In this document: in pieces, positions 57,693 to 64,000 of the stretch
Layout of the letters: each line of letters begins with the position of its first letter
Position numbering within the stretch: the stretch's first letter is position 1
Assembly (NCBI GenBank): GCA_965204735.1
Contig: OZ242008.1
Coordinates: forward strand, 2,592,001-2,656,000
Source: Longimicrobiales bacterium
Lineage (GTDB): Bacteria > Gemmatimonadota > Gemmatimonadetes > Longimicrobiales > Gaopeijiaceae
Reading direction: 5' to 3'
Length of the DNA stretch: 64,000 nucleotides
Translations under genes and position numbers: made by a program
The notes under the pieces: generated by a model
Database searches by the model: none
Told to the model about the DNA's origin: nothing
The model's input: only the letters and a program-made list of their open reading frames with translations

Positions 57693-59003
57693 GTGAGGCG
57701 CGCCGGAGCGCGTGGGCTGGGAGAGAACCGCCGGACCAGGCGGCGAAGGACGCGGCAGCGAAGGGCCGGTGGGGCGCGGCGGGCTTGGGTGACGCGGTTC
57801 GCGGCCTGCGGGCTGATCCTCTTGCCGGCGTTCGTCGGATGGGCCGGCGTCGGCTCGCTTCATGCCCGGCTGGACGCTTCCGAAGCTGCCGGGGGCGCGG
57901 TGCCGTCCGAGTCGCCGGCCAGCGATGCCGCGGCCGTGCACGGTGCCCGCGGCCTCGACGACGCCGAGGGCGCGGTGCTGGCCCAGTCGCCGGCCAGCGA
58001 CTCTGGGCCTGGAGGCCCGGAGCAGAGGGAAACGCCAGAACGCGGGGACGCGGCCGGCGGCGGTCCTTGGCTTGTCGGCCTCTTGTCCGTTGGCAGCCGG
58101 CTGTTGTCTTACGTGGGAATCGTGGGGTTGATCGGTTCCCTGGCGTTTCGTGTTCTCGTGCTTTCGCCCATGAGCCGGGCGGGAGAGTTTTCGGACGTGC
58201 TCATGTTGGCGCTCGGGCGGACGTGGCAGATCGCGATGACAAGCTGCTCCGCGGCGCTGGCTGCCGTGCCGCTTCGGCTGTGCGTCCAGGTGTGGACGTA
58301 CTTCCCCGACGACCCTGTGCGCGGCGTGGGCTTGGCGACGTCGCAAACCGCGTGGGGCGGCGGCTGGTGGCTTCACGTGGGCGGCGGGATTCTGGCCGCA
58401 GTTGGGCTGATCCGGGCCCGTCCCCTGGGGCGGCGCACCATCGGCTGGGTGGTCGCCGCCGCCGGCATACTGCTGCTGCCGCTGGGGCTTGCCGTCTCGG
58501 GGCACGCCTGGGCGGCCGAGCCCCGGGGGCTTGCCGTGGCCTCCCTCTACCTGCACGTCGTCGCTGGGTCGGTGTGGCTGGGCGGGCTCTTCTGCATGTT
58601 CGTCGCGGGGATCCCGGCGCTGATGGCTCGAGAGGTGTCCACCAGCGACGGATACGTCTTCCCTGGCGCCTTCCACGGATTGCCCGCCATGGTCGGGGCG
58701 TTTGCGCGGATCGCCGTGGTGGCGGTCGCCCTGGTGCTGGCCACTGGAACGACCAGCGCTTGGCTGCGCTTGGACGACTTCTCCCAACTGTGGAGCACGC
58801 CGTGGGGACGGTCTCTGCTGTCGAAGACGGTCGCGGTTGCCCTCATGATGGGCTTGGGCTTCTACAACTGGCGCGTAGTTCGTCCGGCCTTGGACGGAAG
58901 CCGCCGCCCGGCCCTCCTCAAGGGGCCCATGACGATGGAAGTGGCGCTGGGCGCCGGCGTCCTGGTCGCCACATCGTCTCTCGTGGTCAGGTCGCTGAGC
59001 TGA
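57693..59003 (+). CDS. CopD-family membrane protein; start uncertain
   Basis: Multiple TM helices; SGHAWA, LHVVAGSVWLGGL and LWSTPWGRSLLSK motifs. Confidence 0.78.
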   Translation: MRRAGARGLGENRRTRRRRTRQRRAGGARRAWVTRFAACGLILLPAFVGWAGVGSLHARLDASEAAGGAVPSESPASDAAAVHGARGLDDAEGAVLAQSPASDSGPGGPEQRETPERGDAAGGGPWLVGLLSVGSRLLSYVGIVGLIGSLAFRVLVLSPMSRAGEFSDVLMLALGRTWQIAMTSCSAALAAVPLRLCVQVWTYFPDDPVRGVGLATSQTAWGGGWWLHVGGGILAAVGLIRARPLGRRTIGWVVAAAGILLLPLGLAVSGHAWAAEPRGLAVASLYLHVVAGSVWLGGLFCMFVAGIPALMAREVSTSDGYVFPGAFHGLPAMVGAFARIAVVAVALVLATGTTSAWLRLDDFSQLWSTPWGRSLLSKTVAVALMMGLGFYNWRVVRPALDGSRRPALLKGPMTMEVALGAGVLVATSSLVVRSLS

Positions 59004-62000
59004 GGGGTGGTGGAGTTGTCTTCGCCCTCTCGGTTCGGAAGGCAACCTGCGTGACCAAGTCCTGGCGAATGAATTCCTGCCGGTCCTCCAGCCCAAGAAA
59101 CTTCGACACCATCTCGTCTATGGACAAGTGCTCGTCCGTGCGTACTTCTTGGGCCACCGGCAGCGGCTCTCGCTCCTTCAATACGTCGAATACGGCCCGT
59201 GCTTCGTCCGCGAAGTCGAAGCGAAAGTCGATCGGCAACGTCTTCATGTCCGTCGCCTCGGCTTTCAGCAACCCACCGCCGAGGTTCCTTCGGCCCGTAG
59301 TTTCCCTGTACAGCCACACGATCGACGAATTCATGTAGGCCCACAAGCAGTAGTGCAGGTCCGATTGCCAAAACTCGACAGGCAGGTACAGCTCCACGGC
59401 GCTGTAGGTAAACGCCTTGCACAGGTTGAAGGTGCAATAGTGCTTGTTCCCTACCCCTCGTGGCATTACAAGTGCGGGAACCTTGTCCTTGGTACGGGCA
59501 ATGGACGATGGTATGCGATCCACTGCCGTCTTGGCGACAAAATTTGCCCGGCCCATTAGTAGAATCGGCACCGTCGCGTTCTTGGCCCCGAGTCTGTGCT
59601 TGGGAAAGTTGAGTCCCTGACCAAACCTTACGCGCTGTTGGTCTTCTTGGCGATCACGGCGAAGCGACATCTCGTGCAGCGCGTTCGCAAAGTACTCCGG
59701 CATCGCTATGAGGTGGCCCCACTTCATGTCGCTGGCGGCACGAATCTCCTTCGGGTCGCCGTGCTTCATCGTGTCGGAGTCGGCAACGACGTACTCGATG
59801 TTCTCGCCCGGGGTCCGCGAAAACAGTGTTATCACAGCGTTGATGTTCTGGCTCTTGGTGTCAGAGAAGAACTTGTCGGAAGTGTCGACGATTCTAGCAA
59901 ACGACGCCTTGTCCAGGGAGAACTTCTGAAACTTCTTTCCGTAGTCCGTACTCAGCCACCCGTTGTGCGTTATGAAGCACCCGTGCCCGGCAGCCGACAA
60001 GACGCGAAAACCGCGGGCATAGAAGTAAATGAGCAAGTCGCTGCCTCTCGGCAGGGTCTCCTTCCAGTCCAGCCTTACTTGCTCTCCGTACAGGTCCTTC
60101 ATGTTCGGCGACAGCAGGCTGTTTCGAGACTCCACGTACGGTGGGTTCCCGATCACGATGTCGAAGCCGCTGCTTACGCCGAACATCCACTCCGGGTCGA
60201 ACCAGCGTGCGTGCGTGTTCTGGTCGTAGGGGTCCCAGTCGGCGATCAGATTGGCGGCCTCCTTGCTCCATTCGTCTTCGATCAACGCCTCGCGGAGCCG
60301 CTGCCGAAGCCGCTTGTCCTTCTTCTTCAGCTCCCACTTCTGGTCTCGCGTGCGGGCGTCGAACCAGTCGGACCTGACCTGCTCCAACTCCTCTTCCAGG
60401 CCCTTGATCTTCGTGTTGGGGAGGGTCTGTTCCGGCGGGCCCTTCAGCCCGATCAGCGCATCTGCGGCAACGAACCGAGTCTCCAGGTTCGGCAACGCCT
60501 GAATGCCGTAGTTGTCGTCCGCGTCGTCGTTGGACTGCTGCTCGATCACCAGCGAGATGAAGAAGCGCAGCTTGGCGATCTGGCAGGCGATGGGCTGGAC
60601 GTCGACCCCATGAATCACGTTCTGGACGAGGTACAGCTTGCGGCCGTAGTCGCCGTATCCCCGCTCCGGCGAGAAGCTCTTCTCCACAGCCGCCACGGCG
60701 TCCGTCCGGGCAACAGGGTCGAGGATCTGCCGAGCGCGCACCAGCTGCCGCGCCTTCCACCGTGCGTTGTCCGGATCGACCTGCGCCAAGACCAGGACGA
60801 GCTTCTGGAGGACGCCCATGGGGAATGCCCCCGAACCGCAGGCCGGGTCCAGGACCTTCATGGAGTCGATGGCGTCGATCAGAGGCTCGATCTCGTCGTC
60901 GCGCAACTGGTGGCCGACGGGAAAACCGGGATCGGTGCTCTGCTTCGCGACCAAGTCGCGCAGTCGCGCTTCCATCCCACTCCGGTCGCCGTCGTCGGGA
61001 CGCACCTTGGCGAGGAAGTGGGCCACCAGCGCCTCGTCCACCATGTACTCCACGACGCGGCGGGGCGTGTAGTACGAGCCCGTGGCCTTCCGGGCCGTGT
61101 CCCGCGTCTCGGGGTTGTAGGACGCCAGCAGGTTCTCGAACGCGCGGCCCAGCAGCTCGGGGTCGAGCGCCACTTCCTCGTCCAGCGGCGTGTTCTCCTC
61201 GACGGTGAACTTGTAGCGGCGAAACAGGGGAAAGAGGCCGTGCTCGTCAAAGAACAGCCGGGCCGGGACCGACAGCGCGCCGCCGTGGTTCGGGAGGTCG
61301 ATGTTGTCGGTGAACGCGTCGATGCGACGACCTCCGCCGCCCACGTGCGCGAAGTCGTCCAGGCAGTCGAAGAGGCCGCCGTCCACGAACGGAACGGAAC
61401 TGAGCTTGCCGACGAAGCCGTCGGGGTCGCGGAGCAAATCGCGATAACGATATCTGGTGAAGTCTCGATGCGTGCTCTGGTCCTTCTTGCTGAACGCCCG
61501 GCGGCGTATCTCCGTGTTCAACGTGGCGAAGAACAGGTTCTGCAGCACGCCGCGGTAGTAGTCGGTAGCGTCGTCCGCGTGATGCTTCAGCTGGCTCCGG
61601 GCGAACTCCTCGTCGAAGAGTGCGTCGGGCACCAGGCGCTTCTCCTTGAGGAACCAGACGAACAGCAGGCGAGTGATCAGCCGGATGACGTGACGTTCGG
61701 CGTTGCCCTCGCCCACTCCGTCGTCGGGGAAGGCGCACTCCCGAGTCGCTCGCTGGAACCACCCGAAGAGCTCCTTGTAGAAGCGCCGGTTCAGCTCGCC
61801 CGTGTCGAGGACGGCTTCCCATGCAGCAAGGAGCTGGTCGAAGTTGGACACCCCGCGCTGTTCGATCAGGTGACCGAGCGCAAGCTCCGAGAGCAGCTGA
61901 AGGTGCGCGCGATGAGGTTCTTCCAGGCTCACGTCCTTGATGAGCGACACGCGTTCCAGGACGTCCTTGTCGGGGTCGAACTTGTGCACCCGCCGATGGA

Positions 62001-62505
62001 CGACGCCGATGGTGAGGTGCGGTTGCGCGCCGTCTTCGTCTCGGTGTCGGAAGAAGACGACCGTGGGCATCGGGAAGATGCGGTTCACGGCGCGGGTGGA
62101 GGCGGCGAGCTCGGAGCGCGAGCGGCACCCGGGCTTCAAGTCCACGGCAAGGAACAAGAACGACTTCGCCACGCCCTGGTCGAACTGGCGGGAAGTGGGC
62201 TGGCCCGAGCCGACGAGGTCGGCGGCATGGCGCTCGGCGAACCGGTCGCGCGTCCCCGCAACTTCGTCGTTCGTGACCTGGAAGACGACGTCCACTTCTT
62301 CCCACTGCTCGAACGTGGCCAGCTGGCCGGCGGCGAGCTTGCCCTTGGCGTCCACGTCCTCGAGAAAGACGGCGACCGAAGGGAAGTCGATCGTCCGGTC
62401 GCTGCGGTAGCCGAGCGTGCCGAGCAGGGCTTCGGTGCAATCTGCAAGCGATCCGTCGGCAAGGTCTCGGAGCGCGTCTCGGATCGTCCTCTCCGCTTCG
62501 CTCAT
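58987..62505 (-). CDS. Eco57I-like / type IIG N6-adenine DNA methyltransferase (possible R-M fusion)
   Basis: GSYYTP, motif I VLDPACGSGAF, motif IV IGNPPY, RLITRLLFVWFLKEK helical region, and a divergent C-terminal specificity region. Confidence 0.9.
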   Translation of the reverse strand: MSEAERTIRDALRDLADGSLADCTEALLGTLGYRSDRTIDFPSVAVFLEDVDAKGKLAAGQLATFEQWEEVDVVFQVTNDEVAGTRDRFAERHAADLVGSGQPTSRQFDQGVAKSFLFLAVDLKPGCRSRSELAASTRAVNRIFPMPTVVFFRHRDEDGAQPHLTIGVVHRRVHKFDPDKDVLERVSLIKDVSLEEPHRAHLQLLSELALGHLIEQRGVSNFDQLLAAWEAVLDTGELNRRFYKELFGWFQRATRECAFPDDGVGEGNAERHVIRLITRLLFVWFLKEKRLVPDALFDEEFARSQLKHHADDATDYYRGVLQNLFFATLNTEIRRRAFSKKDQSTHRDFTRYRYRDLLRDPDGFVGKLSSVPFVDGGLFDCLDDFAHVGGGGRRIDAFTDNIDLPNHGGALSVPARLFFDEHGLFPLFRRYKFTVEENTPLDEEVALDPELLGRAFENLLASYNPETRDTARKATGSYYTPRRVVEYMVDEALVAHFLAKVRPDDGDRSGMEARLRDLVAKQSTDPGFPVGHQLRDDEIEPLIDAIDSMKVLDPACGSGAFPMGVLQKLVLVLAQVDPDNARWKARQLVRARQILDPVARTDAVAAVEKSFSPERGYGDYGRKLYLVQNVIHGVDVQPIACQIAKLRFFISLVIEQQSNDDADDNYGIQALPNLETRFVAADALIGLKGPPEQTLPNTKIKGLEEELEQVRSDWFDARTRDQKWELKKKDKRLRQRLREALIEDEWSKEAANLIADWDPYDQNTHARWFDPEWMFGVSSGFDIVIGNPPYVESRNSLLSPNMKDLYGEQVRLDWKETLPRGSDLLIYFYARGFRVLSAAGHGCFITHNGWLSTDYGKKFQKFSLDKASFARIVDTSDKFFSDTKSQNINAVITLFSRTPGENIEYVVADSDTMKHGDPKEIRAASDMKWGHLIAMPEYFANALHEMSLRRDRQEDQQRVRFGQGLNFPKHRLGAKNATVPILLMGRANFVAKTAVDRIPSSIARTKDKVPALVMPRGVGNKHYCTFNLCKAFTYSAVELYLPVEFWQSDLHYCLWAYMNSSIVWLYRETTGRRNLGGGLLKAEATDMKTLPIDFRFDFADEARAVFDVLKEREPLPVAQEVRTDEHLSIDEMVSKFLGLEDRQEFIRQDLVTQVAFRTERAKTTPPPLSSAT

Positions 62506-62515
62506 CGCATATCGC

Positions 62516-64000
62516 TCATTGCTTGGGGTTCTCCATGATCACGAGCCACGTCACGAGCTCGAAGTCGGCCGCGGCGGCGGGCCGGCGCGAACGAGTGGAA
62601 AGCGACTTCCCCCGGGCCCCGACGAAGGAGCCGATCTCCGCCTGCCGGTACGTGCCCACCAAGCTTCGCAGGCAAGCGCCGATCATTCGATCGTACTTGG
62701 CCACGTCCCGGCCGTGGCCGGTCTCTCGGTCGAATGCGCTCGCCAGCTCCGTCAGCGCCTCCGTCCGTCCCCGAGCCAGCGCGCTGAAGAGCGTCAGCGT
62801 CTGCTTCGCCTGCTGGAACGCATAGCGGACGCTCCCGTCGTCGCGGACGTAGGCGAGGAAGTAGGGCTGGAGACGGTTCGGCGTCCTCCGCGCCCCGTCT
62901 TTCTGCTTCAGACAGAAGATAGCGCCGCGACGAACCCGTGCGGGAGACGCGTCAGCGGGTTCGCCCGCGCCGGCGGCGGGAACAGGCGGAACCACCGCTT
63001 GCACGCCGAAGGGCGCCGACTCGAGCGCCTCCCGGTTCTCCTGCAGGTAGTTGAGCAGGTCCACCAGGAAGTCGTCCAGCGTGAAGTCGCTCATCGAGAT
63101 GCCGTCCTCGACCTCTTCCAGGTCCAGGCTCTCCTCCCGAAGGCGGCGAAGCTGCCGGTCGCGGAAGCTCAGCTCGTGCTGGGCCGCCTCCTTGGCGCCG
63201 TTCGTCTTCTCCAGCGCCAGCGGGTCGTCGGTCCCCGTGGCCGCCGCGTCCGCCAGCGCCATCCGGGCCTCGACCCGGTTCTTGAGGTCCAGATAGCGGT
63301 CCAGGTCCCGAGTCGGCCAGAAGTTGACCATGGCGACCTGCTGGTTGCGGCTGCCGATCCGGTCGATCCGTCCGAAGCGCTGCATGAGGCGAACCGGGTT
63401 CCAGTGAACGTCGTAGTTCACCACCAAGTCGCAGTCCTGCAGGTTCTGGCCCTCGGACAGGCAGTCGGTGGCGATCAGGACGTCGATCTCCTCCGCGGGC
63501 CGGGGGCTCAGCTGGGCCACGGGCGCGAAGCGCGCGAGTATGCCGGCGAAGCTCGGCGAGCCGACGGTGACGCGGTTGTCGCCGCTGCCCGTCACCAAGC
63601 CCACGTGCACGCCGAGCTCCGCGCGCGCCCACTCCGCGACGTTGCAGTACAGGTAGTGGGCCGTGTCGGAGAACGTCGTGAACACCAGCGCCTTGCGGTT
63701 CGGCCGCCCGTCCTTGTCCGCAGGCGCCTCCGCCACCTTGCCCGCCAGCGTCCGCTTCAGCTCGGCCAGCTTGGCGTCGCGCGCCACGTCGACGCGGACA
63801 ACCTGCCGCAGGATCGCCCCGAACGTTCGTCGGTCCGCCTGCAAGTCCTCCCTCCAAGCCTGCAGGTCCAGCTCGGCGAGCTTGTACCTGCGTCCCTTGC
63901 CCAGCGTGAACTCCTCGTCTTCCTCGTCGCCCTGGTCGTCTTCTTCGTCGCTGGCGAGAAGGTCGATCTGCTGGTTGCCGGGCTTCTCGATCCACGCTTC
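62516..64000 (-). CDS. SNF2-like SF2 helicase, C-terminal part; runs off the window edge
   Basis: KALVFTTFSDTA, LIATDCLSEGQNLQ and VNYDVHWNPVRLMQRFGRIDRIG motifs. The frame is open to position 64000. Confidence 0.9.
   Translation of the reverse strand, partial: EAWIEKPGNQQIDLLASDEEDDQGDEEDEEFTLGKGRRYKLAELDLQAWREDLQADRRTFGAILRQVVRVDVARDAKLAELKRTLAGKVAEAPADKDGRPNRKALVFTTFSDTAHYLYCNVAEWARAELGVHVGLVTGSGDNRVTVGSPSFAGILARFAPVAQLSPRPAEEIDVLIATDCLSEGQNLQDCDLVVNYDVHWNPVRLMQRFGRIDRIGSRNQQVAMVNFWPTRDLDRYLDLKNRVEARMALADAAATGTDDPLALEKTNGAKEAAQHELSFRDRQLRRLREESLDLEEVEDGISMSDFTLDDFLVDLLNYLQENREALESAPFGVQAVVPPVPAAGAGEPADASPARVRRGAIFCLKQKDGARRTPNRLQPYFLAYVRDDGSVRYAFQQAKQTLTLFSALARGRTEALTELASAFDRETGHGRDVAKYDRMIGACLRSLVGTYRQAEIGSFVGARGKSLSTRSRRPAAAADFELVTWLVIMENPKQ

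Noticed and set aside
59596..62538. 980-aa plus-strand ORF, and similar long ORFs such as 16085-19276, 35887-38208 and 47745-50072
   Set aside because: Antisense to well-identified genes; expected from stop-codon scarcity at this GC content.

Overview
High-GC bacterial chromosome segment. The gene content suggests Gemmatimonadota, possibly host- or sponge-associated; this is inference and was not verified. Most of the window is a minus-strand housekeeping run: pnp, rpsO, dusB, selB, recO, metK, ptsI/ptsH/hprK/hpf, nusB, the rib genes, purM, argS, methylmalonyl-CoA mutase with PCC subunits, rpsA, cmk, aroA, tyrA and rnz. Four kinds of accessory insertion interrupt it. (1) A 13.9-kb autotransporter-type adhesin gene with 26 ~125-aa repeats plus cadherin domains, a consensus sigma70 promoter and a 19-nt homopolymer at its 5' end (candidate phase variation). 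(2) Two inverted, near-identical Rpn/YhgA-family nuclease genes. They share a 100% identical, hairpin-rich 152-bp non-coding leader, an internal Shine-Dalgarno/ATG for a small C-terminal protein, a variable 12-bp repeat tract and a conserved 36-bp trailer, and each is followed by a triple-CTAG motif. (3) An ATPase/PD-(D/E)XK nuclease gene. (4) A SNF2-like helicase plus Eco57I-like N6-methyltransferase pair at the right edge. The Rpn module with its conserved structured leader is the best candidate for an undescribed system. No tRNA, rRNA or CRISPR array was found.
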